This document shows, piece by piece, positions 1-11,880 of a stretch of 33,000 nucleotides of DNA (the stretch's first letter is position 1; every line of letters starts with the position of its first letter). The stretch is from Dicyema japonicum. Its lineage: Eukaryota > Animalia > Dicyemida. The DNA lies in the NCBI GenBank assembly GCA_011109175.1, contig RDEW01000042.1, forward strand, positions 440,504-473,503. The letters are read 5' to 3'. The notes beneath the pieces are model-generated. The model was not told the DNA's origin. It saw nothing but the letters and a program-made list of their open reading frames with translations, and ran no database searches. Position numbers and translations under genes: made by a program.

Positions 1-113
1 AAATTTTAAATTCAACTATTTGAATTTTGTGGCTCGAGGAATCATATTCATTTTTATTGAATTTTATTCTAATCATGTTTTTATTTTGAATTTTATTTTA
101 ATTAAAAATCCGT

Positions 114-313
114 TTTGTACCGGTAGCAATTGAGACGTCTGGTGCGGCCGGAAGTATTACAGCCCCTTTTTTAAAGGAAATCGGGGGAAAATTTGCCCAC
201 CGCAAGAAAGACGGGAAGCGGTCTGGCTGAGGCAAAGAATTGGTATCGCAGTTGTTCGCGGAAACGCTTACTCCGTGATGTCAGCAGCCGCTCTCCCCAT
301 AGTTAATAAATAA
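114..313 (+). mobile_element. 5'-truncated 3' end of a CRE-clade non-LTR retrotransposon (C-terminus of the restriction-like endonuclease region)
   Basis: Reads FVPVAIETSGAAGSITAPFLKEIG, then after one frameshift EAVWLRQRIGIAVVRGNAYSVMSAAALPIVNK* (TAA 311-313). This matches the CRE C-terminal pattern F.P.A.ET.G...FL..IG...QR..IA..RGNA and the end of the 29415-31186 copy. An A/T-rich tail follows. Confidence 0.85.
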
Positions 314-1443
314 TATTTTATTGTTAATAAATTTTTGAAAAAAAAATTAAAAATCTGTTATTATCATTGCTTTATATGCCTTTAAAGGACTTACGGAATT
401 TAGCTCAGTTTTTATCACTGTTTAACTTAAATTTTATTGAATGGTATTATGGTTTGTTTACAATTTAAACAGTCTACTTGGATTATAACTCTATGTATGA
501 TTTTGAGCGATCTCATTAACTACTGGTCTTGAAGATTTAAAATTCAATATAAAATCAATTCATATTTAAAGTTTCTAAAAATACAACAACTTTGGTGATT
601 TTCAAAGCAGTCGAGAATTCTGCGGCTTCTCTCCGTCAAATGGAAATCAAACTGCTCAAGTCTAAATTTTATTTTAGGAGCATTGTTGGTCATTTGAGAT
701 TTTAAAATTGCACTTCAATTTCAACCAATCACGTGCTGAAACTATTTTGGATGAGTTAATTGTCACGTTTTTTATCAATGTGGACAGTTTTTGTTAATTT
801 TGAATGTGAAAAAGTTATTTTTTTACTTATTCGTAGAAAAACGGTTTTTCTTTCAAATAGAACATACCTCAACTTTTAGATTGATTCAACGATTCTAATT
901 CATGAAGTTATCAGAATCCAGTTTTGGTCGTTCTTTATGGAGGTGTTTTATCATCCCTAAATTTTACTTAGGTTTGGTCCTGGGCTCTTAATGACCGAGA
1001 AGTTACTGAAGGTAACTTGATTAGAATGTTTTACTTTTATAGTTTTTACATGTTTTACAAAATAATGGTTATGCAAGAAAGTAAGATATTCCTCATACTA
1101 TTCCTGCATCGTTACATATTATTGTTCTTCCTGGAGGAGACATCCATCAGATTGACTGTTTAGTAACCACTGGTGGGTTACTTCCTTGGAAAAATTTATC
1201 TTATAGATTTCACACTAGAAAGGAGAAAGTGAGAGTAAATCGAGTCTGTAGTTGTGTTTTCGCATGTAAAGGGGAACATTTTGATTTCGAATAACAATTA
1301 TTGTGGTTTGGAAACTTGTCTTATGCCTCGTTTTAACCAACTCTGGAACATCAAAAATATATAAGCATATGAAATAACCCCAGAATACAAATTGGATTTT
1401 TTCCAAGTTATTTCGACGACTAGGAAAGGAGATCAATAATAAT

Positions 1444-1552
1444 GCAGCTTCAAAAGCACGCATGACAATGTTGTTCATAGCAGCGTGGCGGGTGCTCTTC
1501 TCGCATTCCTCTAGCATGAAAGCGGATGGAGCCCTTTGGCATCTACGATTCC
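1444..1552 (-). mobile_element. Internal fragment of a CRE-clade retroelement (Zn-knuckle region before the endonuclease)
   Basis: Minus strand reads GIVDAKGLHPLSC*, then after a frameshift TRHAAMNNIVMRAFEAA. This parallels IDCYGLHPLACKRSTGRSPKHKALNEIVKQAMDAA in the 29415-31186 copy. Confidence 0.75.
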
Positions 1553-2129
1553 TCCAATATAAATGGAAATATCTACTTACATGACTATATGCAATCTACG
1601 ACTAAACGCTATTTAGGAATGAAAATTTCTAAATTGAAGAATTAGTGTTTACTCCTTCATAGCAATACAGGGGTAAAAATACTCTTTTGGAACATTTTTC
1701 TCAATTAAAATTAAATGATATACAATCATAGTGATAATTATATAAAATTGAAATTAATTGACAACAAATCCATATATACTTTGTCTTCTCTACATCATCA
1801 GTATTTAATCCTACAACCATCACTATAGTAGATCTTATACATCCAGGGGGTCTTAAATGCGACTACCACCAAATGTATGACAAATTAAACTACCCTCTCG
1901 AATTCCCCCATAAGACAATACCTAATTATATAACACGGACAACCTTATTTATTCCATGTAATCTCTACCATCAAAGTCTTCTATTTACAGAACTTTTACA
2001 CTGAATCACTACGATGCACTTCTTTGTCTTTTTATTAGATTTTGACCAAAATAAGCACAAAAAACTGTAATATGAGTGAGATTACTCATTAATATGTCAG
2101 TCACCACCTAACTATAAACACTAGGGTAA

Positions 2130-2500
2130 GTTAATATTCATTATTGAGAATATATTGACATTTGACTCCTCATTGACATCTGGAGTGAATTTACTCATCA
2201 CAACTATCAATCGCTGCACTTTTCCTTCTGACTCATCACAACTGTCATCCAATCATTTTACTCTCTAGGGTGCCAACTATCCTTATGGGACACACTAAGA
2301 CAACATCATTATGAATGGAATCTCAGAAACAATACAGTCATACTCAACATTGTCCTCTATACTCTCTTTTCCAAAACTATCTTCCATAGTCTCTTCCAAT
2401 ATAAAATCCCTCTCAAAATTATCTTTTATAGTCTCCTCCAATATATAATTCCAATGCTATCTTCTATAGCCCTTCTCAATGGGGTCGCTATACAAAAATT
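2130..2500 (-). pseudogene. Remnant of an acidic low-complexity coding region with short internal repeats
   Basis: Minus strand reads ILEETIKDNFERDFILEETMEDSFGKESIEDNVEYD and has a repeated DSCDE (GA[C/T]AGTTGTGATGAGT twice). It is interrupted by stops and frameshifts, and I recognise no family. Confidence 0.35.
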
Positions 2501-5429
2501 GATCTTTATTAACCTCTCAGATGCCGCTCCTCCTCAAACATTACCCTGAAGTCATGTAGATTTCTTCACGGACATTGTTAAGATAACTTAGGTGGATAAA
2601 AATCAATTGGACAAAAAGACATGTGATAATCAAACATAATTGGAAAATGTGATTTATCATTTTTTTCTCTTATTTGTTCAATATATACAAACTTTCTATA
2701 AGTTGTAACTTTTTTGATTACCATGTTATGGTCTCCTAATTTCATCACGACTTTTGTTTTTGTAATATATAAATTCGAATATTAGTTCTAAATAGTATAA
2801 ATGAGATTACAATAAAAGGACTGTTATCTCGAGGATCTATTATTTTATTGGAGGTTTCATGACAGTCAACACATGTACTTTACAAATTAAAAGTAGTTAT
2901 TCATCATCAGTAATACCTGTTAATATTAGTTACTGTCACGAAGTATAAGGTTGTGTGTCCTAACTTACTTTCTCTTTAATGCCTTTTTGCAACACCCTGT
3001 TATAAATCATCACGACAGAAAAGTAATGTCTGCAATTTATTATTTTATTAATTATTTTTATTTATTTAATATTAATTATTCATGACCAAACATTGTTCTG
3101 AAGTGCGAGAAAAGGATCAATGTATTAAAATGTTTATCTAGAATATGGAAGACAGGTACCAGATGTTTTTTTTTATTATCAGATGTTTTTTTTTATTTAT
3201 AATATTGTGCTTTCCGATGTCTCCTGAGTCCATTAAAGATGATAACAGGTTATTTCCATTTTGAAAAGACTGAGACATTAAATGTAATAGAGCTACGTAA
3301 TAGTGCACCGGAGATATGAGTGGAACACAGCCTTTATAAGTATCACGTGCGTCCACATTCGCCATTGTGGGAGTCAATCCATTTGAGTATGGAAAGGATC
3401 CTTTTTGACTCCCTTATCTACTTGTAGGGTTCCATATATAGATAATCCACAGAGATACCATCAGCTAGCATTTTTTGTTTCCCTTAGTTTAGTAAAAACA
3501 TGATCCCGTACGATCAAGCGAATGAATAAGTCTGAACAGATAGGCTATTCCCTCTCAATTGTGAGCAATAATCTAAAGTTTTAATATAACTACTTCACGT
3601 TAGAAGACGGTGGACGTACAGTAAACTTTCTCAAATTTGCCATTTTTACAGTAACTCTCCAAAAATTTGCCAGCATTTTTTGCGGCAAATTTCAAATTTT
3701 AATCAATAATTTTATAACAGTTATTAGAAACTTCTCATCGATGAAAATAACAATTAAACAAATGTCAGTTGAGGAAGCCTGCTGAAAATAGCTGTATTTG
3801 ATTTTATTAAGAAAACTTTAAAAATGAAGTATTAAATTATATCAAAATAAAATTCAATTTCCAAAAATAATTCAGGAACAATTTTGGGCCAATTTAAGGG
3901 ACTTACTGTACTAATAGTAGGAGAAATATTTCAACTCTTGGTGATCAAATTTGGATTTTACAAAACATCCCAGCAAAATTGCATAAAAAACTTGTAGACA
4001 AGTCGCCCAAATGTTATCTTTCATAATAACCACCAGATCACTTAATTAGTATAGTAACGATGAGATTTTGACGTATTTCTACTGAGCAAAAAATATCTAC
4101 TTTATTGTGAGAATGAAGAACTTTGTCTTTCCTCCCATTTTGAATGTTGATAAGGAGACGAACTTTGGAGACATTAAAGTCCGACGAAGTACTTGAGAGT
4201 AACACATTAATATTATGATGGAGTTATTTGAAATTAGTGAGTTTTTGTTGGTGTCTTTGAACAATTTACTGAGACACAAGTGTGTCCAAGTGCCAGAAGG
4301 ACTCTTACCCTCACGGGTGGGTTCTGGTTAACAAGAGCTGCTACTTATATATGTTGTCACATTTTGACTACTTAGGAAATGTCTTTGGAAACAGGTCACT
4401 AACCAGGTTGAACCGAGTTGGATCGATTATTGTGAGGACGAAGGGGGTAAACGTTTCGTCCATTTAACAATTCATGTGTATGTCTACAAGGCTCTATATT
4501 ATACATGGCCCTTAGAGGTGATTTCCACTTGTCCTTCCCGCCTTTGCAGAGCTATAATTATTATGACTCACGAAAGTGCTGTGATTTTTAAATTTCTATT
4601 TATCTTATAATAATTTAATATTTCACAATTTTAATTTTACTATTAAAAACAAAAAAATTAATTTCCTCCATACAAATATTTACTCTGTGATTTACAAAAT
4701 CTCCCTTCCCGTGATCGAGTTGAGATTCATTAATTCTGTTAGTGAGATGAATATATTTACGCTTTAGATAACCTATCCATAACCGAACTCTGATAAGGTC
4801 CAATACAGAATATGCTTTTTATGAATATACTCGAATTAGCGTCTAATTTGATCATCTTAGCAAAGCTTGATTCAAGACTGAGGATTATGATTTCATGGAA
4901 TATAAAAAGTCGACACTGTCCTTTGTGAGTGACCTAGCATGTACGTCCTAAGCTTGGTCGCAATGTTGGTCATCGATATTCCGTGTAAATATTCTTCAAA
5001 ATATTGACTTTTATTTATTATAACGTCAACTTGGCATAATTTACAATATTTTTCAGATATTTTTATTTTTGAGACGATATATGCGTATAACGTTTCTTTA
5101 GCTCCAAGTTTCAGATTTGGTAGTCAGTCGATATCACACAAGTCCAGTGATAGGGACGAAAACGCAATCCCTTACACCTGTGAGAACCCTTCCAATGCAA
5201 TGGGGGAAAAATTATAATTCTTTGAGCCATTCTACACTGCCCAACACATGAAATATAAGATTTCACAGCATCAACGTAAAGAGAGAGAAGAAAAGCAATT
5301 CGATCAAGTATCTAGTGGGAGAGTCAAACACAAGTAGCGATCGGGTGAATCGAATCCTTGAAGTATTGTTAAAGCACCCTAGGCACTAATGAAATCAAAA
5401 AAATATTTATTCATACAAAAATAAAATAT

Positions 5430-5730
5430 CACAAAACTCGAGAACACATTAAAGTGATGCGAAACCCAGTCGGAATTTCACAAACAGGCAGAATACAATC
5501 ATTCACTATATTCCAAAATTTCAAAGCCCCATCTGACCAACAGCTCAACAACAAATCATTCCCCTCAAAACTCCGAAACAACAACCCCTTGAATCTGATT
5601 TGATATATACAATAGAACCTTCCAACATGAGCTGTATGTGTGGACAACAACACAGTGTCCAAAGTGTCCAGGCATTTATAAACGAACAACTCCCCACAAG
5701 AGAGACCAACATCGAGAAACAATTATCCTA
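5430..5730 (+). mobile_element. Possible degraded 3' end of a LINE ORF2
   Basis: Reads KLRNNNPLNLI and MSCMCGQQHSV, resembling the NPL motif and C-x-CG knuckle at LINE ORF2 C-termini. Several stops are present. Confidence 0.3.
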
Positions 5731-5919
5731 AAGTAGACTTACCACTAAAACCAACATCATAGTCGTTTGACTGGGACATTTGATTCACTTTCGCCATAAT
5801 TTCTGACGTTCAATGGTTGAGACTGGTAATGCTAGAGTTTGTAAAGTGAAGAATAGGGAGACTTGTATTGGATCGCATTCTCGGAGCTGCCGAAATTCCT
5901 CTGGTGTTTTCATTAGTCC

Positions 5920-6600
5920 AATTATGCGAATCCTACAACTTATTTAATATGAATACTGCTTTGATCATCCATCAATACAAAACTACTGGGTTTGTTAAGT
6001 AAGGACAACAATGGGGACCTGATCAAAATATTCAACCATCGACTATATCTTGTGTAAAAGTAACAAAACTTTTTACGAAACTCGAGATCTTGTGATGACC
6101 TCGAACGTCCAGTGATCACAAACTAGTCATCACTCGCTTCTCTTTAGGGACTATGTATAAACATGCGAGACGTGGAAACCCAGAGCTCGAAAGATTTTAT
6201 ATAGAACAAAGATGAAAAAGTACGCCGAAAAACTCAGAGAGGCGTTGAAGTCCACTGAAGAATACCATGGCTTTGATTTTGGGCACTCCTCGCAAAAATA
6301 GTCACAAATTCTTATCACCTGACAGGTGATTCAGAGAAGGAAGGTCTACCGCTGACGTCGTCTGGACACACAGATGGTCTGGAACTTATCGTCAAAAATA
6401 CAAGATGTATAGAAATTCTTGGGATCGACATGTCTCGTGCATTCATTCTGTCACAGAGGGCGCAGGGCGTTGACGCTCCCAAGGGGAGGGAAGACGAGGG
6501 CCTTCACCCGTCATGGACAAACTAATCATTTTACGCATGGAAATGCGTCAAAACTCATCGGTACTCTACCAATTAAGCGATTCCGGTGTTGTGATAGAAG
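5920..6600 (+). mobile_element. Heavily deleted RTE/RTEX-like LINE (endonuclease C-terminus plus RT fragments)
   Basis: The fragments are in order: LCESYNLFNMNT, IDYILCK (6038) and SSDHKLVITR (6108), which mark the APE endonuclease end. Then come FREGRSTADVVWTHRW (6330) and IEILGIDMSRAF (6409), which are RT motifs. The spacing is far shorter than in an intact ORF2. Confidence 0.8.
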
Positions 6601-6794
6601 ATAACATTTGAGCGACTTGTCTACCAGTTTTTTCATGCAATTTTTCTTTTCACACACTTTCATAGTTTATTTGTGTTAATTTGAACTGAAATTATTTTAC
6701 AGACCGATAGTAAACCAAATTAACTAATCCGTGACCTTGAAGTGTTCCAGTCGACACCTCGTCTAGGGACAGTTGATCGAGAAGACAATGACCG

Positions 6795-6915
6795 GGAAGC
6801 TGAGGTTGAAGCCACTACTCACTAGGGAGCGAAATTGTCTCTGTGGAATGACGAGATAGGTCCTTTAGAATTCTGGCGATTGTCTGCTACTTAGGCAGAT
6901 CCGAATACGTCTTAA
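6795..6915 (+). mobile_element. Possible LINE C-terminal Zn-knuckle fragment
   Basis: Reads TMTGKLRLKPLLTRERNCLCGMTR*VL*NSGDCLLLRQIR, resembling the LTG....R...C.CG....H.L.DC pattern. Confidence 0.35.
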
Positions 6916-6934
6916 AGGGAAGGAAGGGAAATCT

Positions 6935-7300
6935 TTATTCAAGTAACCACATGGCACAACGCGGCCTAATACAATTACTATGTATTTATTTACCCCCGTC
7001 TCTTCAAGTAAAAACAGGTGATAACAAAAACGTTACAGATGAAAGGAATCGCCGATAGATCTGACAAGGTATATTTGGTTTGTGAGAACTGATAGGTTAA
7101 CCCGGACAAGAGAAGAGGTGATCCGTCTACTGATCGTCAAGAGAGTACAATTGGAATAGTGGAGAGGATGATTGTACAATCCAGTACAGATATGAATGCA
7201 AATTCAAGTGATGGAGACAACTTAAGAGCGCCAAGTGGAGGCGAACTTCTCTCGGTAGGGAAGCAATACTCTAGAAGTTTGTTTATACGAAGACTTCTGA
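6935..7300 (-). mobile_element. 3' fragment of an I-group-like LINE (C-terminal CCHC region)
   Basis: Minus strand reads LPREVRLHLALLSCLHHLNLHSYLYWI...DQ*TDHLFSCPG*P, resembling LPR..R.TLAQLRSG...LNSYL.RI...T.HLF.CP..P. It ends in an AATAAA-containing 3' end near 6935-6945. Confidence 0.6.
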
Positions 7301-7489
7301 TGGCTTAAGTAAATATCCAGTTATGAATTGTATTCAGTCGTGACTGAGAAGACTCATTCTCTGGGATGGTTTGTACAATGATTTTTACTTAAAACAAAAG
7401 ACTAACAAACTCGGCACTTTTCCTTACTCTTAATGGAATGTCAATCCCCTCAACTAACTCCATCAAAATTAATGACTATCAGCAAACAT

Positions 7490-7780
7490 GTCATATCCCA
7501 TACTAATTAAAAAATCAATTCTTTCCAAGAAACAGTACGAGGGACCTACAAAGGTTCTCTTCGCCACTAATGCCAACTCCCTTCGAGGAACATGTGAGAA
7601 GAACGGGAACCCGTTTGAAACCTCTAAATTTCTTAAAAGTGGATCATCCATACAACAAGTGTGTCGGCTCTCGGGAAGAACACCAAGAAAGGATGAGACG
7701 ACTGTTTAAGGTGACTGGGTTCACTTGACGCCCCCATTCCCTTTTTATTTTGTCGGTGATTCTTGGTTTTAAATAAATTT
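7490..7780 (+). mobile_element. 3' fragment of LINE family A
   Basis: LRGTCEKNGNPF aligns to FLRVCEEDGNPL of the 8410-9358 copy. The 3' UTR has GACTGGGTTCACTT (vs GACTGGGATCACCT) and TTTTGTCGGTGATTCTTGGTTTTAAATAAA. Confidence 0.6.
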
Positions 7781-7799
7781 GATTCTATTTATCAGAGAC

Positions 7800-8090
7800 T
7801 AATTGATTTCCACAAAGTATTTCCTCTCTGTTCTTTGCATTCTTCATTTCCCTAGAGGCGTCATTATATCTACCTAATCCCCTCCTGGGATTCAAAAAAG
7901 ATCCCTTTCTTCTTTAATCCAGTGGAGGTGTTCCCATAATGGCGGATACTTGCAAAAAAACTTAATGCTTAGAAGATTTTCATTCACCATGAATCTACGT
8001 AGACATTTAGTACAACATAAGTACATCACCACTCGAAAAACTTACTCGGTTAACTGGTCTGATTTCTCTATAAACAAAAGGGAGCCATCG
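7800..8090 (-). mobile_element. Possible RTE-like LINE C-terminal fragment
   Basis: Minus strand reads LRRFMVNEKSSKH...PPLD*RRKG...NPRRGLG...REMKNAKNREE, loosely matching the RTE C-terminal G.R.RGRP.RRW...A.NR pattern. Confidence 0.3.
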
Positions 8091-8169
8091 CCTTGAAATC
8101 AACCGAAATTCTTTATTTTTAATGACGAAAGAGATATTTTCATAATTTGAAATTTGAAATAAATCTCAG

Positions 8170-8350
8170 TCAGCACGAAAAAGGATCATTTGTTCTCCCC
8201 ACTCCACTGTAGGGATTTCCACATCTGCAAGTATAGACGTTTTTTACCCTTTATGTTGATTCCGGATAAAACTCTGTTTCCGTAGAAGTGGAAACTGGAT
8301 ACACTTAATTAGTTGTTTACTTTAACTTTTTTCTCCGGGTTAATAAATAA
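8170..8350 (+). mobile_element. Short 3'-end copy of a family-A-related LINE (or SINE-like derivative)
   Basis: Aligns along its length with 15290-15475 (CGAAAAAGGATCATTTGTT...CTGCAAGTATAGACG vs CGAAAAAGGGTCATTTGCT...CTGCAAGAATGGACG). Ends TTCTCCGGGTTAATAAATAA. Confidence 0.7.
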
Positions 8351-8409
8351 TTTGAATAAAATAACTTAACCTAAAAACTATTCAAGTACGTTTTTAAATT
8401 AAATTTTTA

Positions 8410-9358
8410 TTTTTTATTTTAATAACCCCGGGAACACCGAGAAAGAAAGACAAAAGAGTCAGACAGTTAGGTGATCCCAGTCCTCGCAATCACTTGTGCC
8501 ATTCGACGTCTGTGATCTCCATCGTCCCCACTACTTTCCAGAAGAGCCTTCTCTCGGTCTTGCAGAGGAATCCGATCGGGGAGGGGAATTTCTTATCCAA
8601 TAGGTTTTCTCTTGCCATGGGAAGGATCAGGCGAAGCGGATTTCCATCTTCTTCACAGACGCGAAGAAATCTGGAGCCACAACTACACATCTTAGCTTTC
8701 ATGAGTAGTGGGTCGACTGTTGATCCATTACGTGGGCAAAGCATACTGATTGTTTTCCGGTATATCGAGTTGATTCTTTGGACCAAAGACTCCAATAGCC
8801 CGAATCTCCATGCAACGGAGGCATACTCAATGGCAGGCGCGATTGTTTGTTGGTAGAGGTAGAAACGGAAAAGTCCATGTTCCTCGTGGTCCTCCGAACA
8901 AGGGCGAGTATAACGTTAACTTTCTGGAAGCCCCTGGTGATCATGTCTGTTGCGTGGGAGTTGAATTTGAGAAGGCTGTCGTACTTGACTCCAAGGACAG
9001 TGGGGGACCTTGTCACTGGAATCCTAGTGGGACCAATGAAAAGACTCGGTTCATCCTTGGAACGACGGTCCGACGTGAATGTGGAACAGATAGACTTGGT
9101 TGCAGAAATCGTTAGTCGATTGCCAACAATCCAATCGTGGAAAATGTTCAATTTTGTCTCAGTTTTAAGGGATGCGACTTGCGTCGAGCGGTTCCGTATT
9201 GCAATGACTACATCGTCTGCGTAGGATAATAGCAGGGAATCTTCGTCTCCATCATTAGGTAGGTCGTGTAGGAATAGGTTGAATAGAATTGGTGAAAGTG
9301 GAGACCCCTTGGGTACCCCGTTCGGTAGTAATCGTGATCTAGATCTGAGATCACCATT
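8410..9358 (-). mobile_element. 5'-truncated LINE, family A (I-group-like RT, motif 4 to 3' tail), best-preserved copy
   Basis: Minus strand reads NGVPKGSPLSPILFNLFLHDLP...LLSYADDVVIAIRN...FTSDRRS...PTVLGVKYDSLLKFNSH. One frameshift near 8875 leads to YQQTIAPAIEYASVAW...FLRVCEEDGNPL...WHK* (8490). A 3' UTR and A-rich tail follow to about 8410. Confidence 0.95.
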
Positions 9359-10140
9359 TCATAATTGAAATCATTTTCGTCTTGGTCGGATTTAGCTAAC
9401 TAAAAATTTATTGCATCAAAAAGTATGAAATTTGCAAAAATTACTAAAACTGTTTGACCGTCAGATAATTTGGATCTCTTATGGATCTGAGGAAATATTC
9501 TAATATTAATGATTTGAATTCATGGATTTGGATATTAGTCATATTTAACTTACTATTCTTATTCGTTTAAAAAATTTGAAGCCGTTAAATTGGCTAAATT
9601 AAAATATCATGTTGAAAATACTTTATTTTTTAATTCTTCAAGTTTTTCTAATACTTGGCTGGACGGAATAGAATCCGGATCTTAAGTGCACCCGACAATT
9701 CCTTTAGAAATTTTGGTTTCCGATGTCTCCGAGTCAATCATCTCTTCCAGGTTCACAGTAAAAAAGAAGACAATGGTTTTCAGTCGGAGGTGGATTTAAT
9801 AAAAAAATAATGGCTCTGTTATGGGAGAGCCCAGAGCACTAAGTAAAAATAATCCATGGTCTGAAATCTTGTGCTAAGCGGTCAAACAGCCTTTTCTGAT
9901 TGCGGTCAAAGAAGTCGATATCTTCATTATAAACGAGAAAAAGATCAATTTTTGAAAAACCATAAGATAATTTTTGTTCTACAGATATGATCTAGAGACG
10001 TGAAATCTAAGTCTTTGGATATCCCTAATTTGAATTTGTTGTAATAGACGTTCAAACAAAATGGATGAGTCGTAATTGGCGGCTCTGCAGCAAATGATTC
10101 GAGAAATGAAAAAAAGATGTCGGAGTCTGCAAAAATCTGA

Positions 10141-10790
10141 TTCTATGCGGCAACCCAAGCATGAAACAAGTGGCGCAGCGCTATCAAAAAGAGATTTGAA
10201 AGTGTAACAACAGTCCTGGGAATAGACTTCTCTAGGGCCTTTGACACAGTCCGCCGTTGTCTACTTATCAGGATACTGGAACAATTCTTGGACCTTGGTT
10301 CTGTCATTATGATCAGAGTGTTGCTAGCTAGCACGAAGATCAGAGTGCGGGTCGCTAAGACGTTTTCCCGTGAATTTACGTGCAATGTTGGTACTCACAA
10401 CAAGATCTTCGGAAGTTCTATGATGGCAACATCGTCGAAATTGCTTACGCGACGACGTCGCCTTTGTGTCAGAAGACAAATTGACCCTACTTCGAATCCT
10501 CGAGGTGGCAACTGCTGAGCTGAACCGATGATTCCTTGGAATGAAGACAGCAAATTCCGACATTGTGGTAATCATGAGAATGGAAAGCAGATCAAGTGAA
10601 ACATGGCGAAGAACAAACAAACTTGGCTCTATATCTGGAGACAGTCAAAATATTACCAAAAGGAAGGCCCTCGCTTGGGTAAAGATGAACAAGTTGAAGA
10701 AAGAATTGATTGGAAAACGACGATTCTGCACTTCACTTCGTTTGAGATTGTATGAAGTTTTTGTCAAACCGATCCTAATATACAATTATT
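10141..10790 (+). mobile_element. RTE/RTEX-like LINE RT fragment
   Basis: Reads VLGIDFSRAFDTVRR...FTCNVGT, then EIAYA(D)DVAFVS (frameshifted, about 10440), then KLGSISGDSQNITKRKALAW...RLRLYEVFVKPILIYN. The PQG.LSP motif is deleted. Confidence 0.9.
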
Positions 10791-11204
10791 TAGAATACCT
10801 AAATAACAAAAATTTTTCAATAAATGCTTCCTACTTAAGAATAGATTTTTGATCCAGTCTTTATCAAAATTTTCAGGAAACTATTTAATAATGTTTTCAT
10901 GTATGCTTTTAGATGATCTTTGATGTTTTAAAGTACAACTGAATACAATATAGTCCTTGAATGATGGAGTTTTTCCTGTAAAAACGAAAACAAACGATTT
11001 CCTTTGATAAACAGATGTCAGCCAAATCTTTATTTTAATATGAACACTTCATTGGTAAATGTCTCACAGAAGCAATAGGGTATCTGACATTATTGGCTTG
11101 CATATTATACAATTTGCAGTTTCCGGTATATCTACTCTGTATTTTGAACAGAGCCTAAAAATATAACGTGCTAATTTTTTAATTAAAATGTTTATTTTTA
11201 TTAA

Positions 11205-11232
11205 ATTGCGGAACCCAGGTTAGGAACCACTG
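11205..11232 (-). mobile_element. Solitary hAT (Charlie-like) terminal inverted repeat remnant
   Basis: Reverse complement reads CAGTGGTTCCTAACCTGGGTTCCGC, similar to CAGTGGTTCTCAACC-type hAT ends. The flank CTCTAAGG resembles the TCTAGA-type target preference. I found no partner end. Confidence 0.4.
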
Positions 11233-11409
11233 CTCTAAGGGAACATCTTACGTTGTATTTCGATTGATTTCGGAGACATTTCAATTGATTAAATTAGCAA
11301 AGGACTCAATTTAGAGATTATCCGATCGATCTTTACTGAGTACATCAAACTGTCCCTGTGTACTTTCGAACATATGTTATACGAAATAAATATTATTTTA
11401 TTAAGTCAT

Positions 11410-11880
11410 TAAAAATCAGTCTTCAACAATATTAGAAGATATTTCTTCATTAACGGATGTCTTAATCTAAAATTAGTACATCACTAAACTTTATCAGATA
11501 TTTTTTTAATAAGATATTTCATCTATGTTTTGTTCCCTATCAGCCTAGATTTTTTCTTCTTTATATTTGCTAAAAAAACATCGCTTTCCATTGGAACTAT
11601 TCCAGCATCTCCAATTCAGTAGTGGAAATACTTTTCTTTTGGAACTGAAAATTTGAATCTTCCTCATTAAACGAAAGCTACTCTTTTTCTTCTTCAAATT
11701 TCTCTTGATGTGGGACGGACTGTAATTTCTTATATATTTATTCCTGTTCATAATCGAGGACTCCTAAATAGGTTATTAGAGAAGTCACTGAAATTAATTC
11801 GTAACTTAACTCTTCTTCCTCAATTTTGCGATTTTCTAAATTTTCAAATTCCTAAATAAAGCATGCCAAATACTGAATTT
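11410..11880 (-). pseudogene. Decayed Glu/Lys-rich host-like gene with candidate mini-introns
   Basis: Reads EFENLENRKIEEEELSYELIS and IKTSVNEEISSNIVED. Candidate GT-AG introns on the minus strand lie at 11852-11873 (22 nt), 11764-11788 (25 nt) and 11467-11489 (23 nt). Stops and frameshifts are present and no family is recognised. Confidence 0.4.

Noticed and set aside
715-770. AP-complex sigma-subunit-like motif (HFNFNQSRAETILDELIV)
   Set aside because: The resemblance is short and I could not find the flanking sigma motifs in any frame.
1665-3002. Tc1/mariner element bounded by TACAGGGGT (1666) and CACCCTGT-TA (~2993-3002)
   Set aside because: The ends share only about 6 bp and no transposase motif was found between them.
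8494-9224. Plus-strand ORFs 8494-8856, 8810-9115 and 8847-9224, and similar track ORFs at 10143-10385, 29582-29921, 31493-31849 and 32330-32539, as real genes
   Set aside because: They are antisense shadows of the RT or endonuclease coding sequence on the opposite strand and have no recognisable protein features.
3211-9737. Shared 20-mer TTTCCGATGTCTCC(T)GAGTC at 3211 and 9717
   Set aside because: Similarity fades within about 20 bp on each side and the frames give no shared recognisable protein, so it cannot be interpreted from this window.
10850-11760. Alternative genetic code (TAA/TAG = Gln), suggested by minus-strand frames that read smoothly if these stops are Gln
   Set aside because: RTCB ends at TAG exactly where its homologues end (IIKG*), and the CRE fragment ends at TAA 311-313. 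The better-preserved transposase core and the 8410 RT contain no in-frame TAA/TAG, and the transposase core uses CAA/CAG for Gln. TGA stops occur in the same decayed frames. C-to-T decay explains the pattern.
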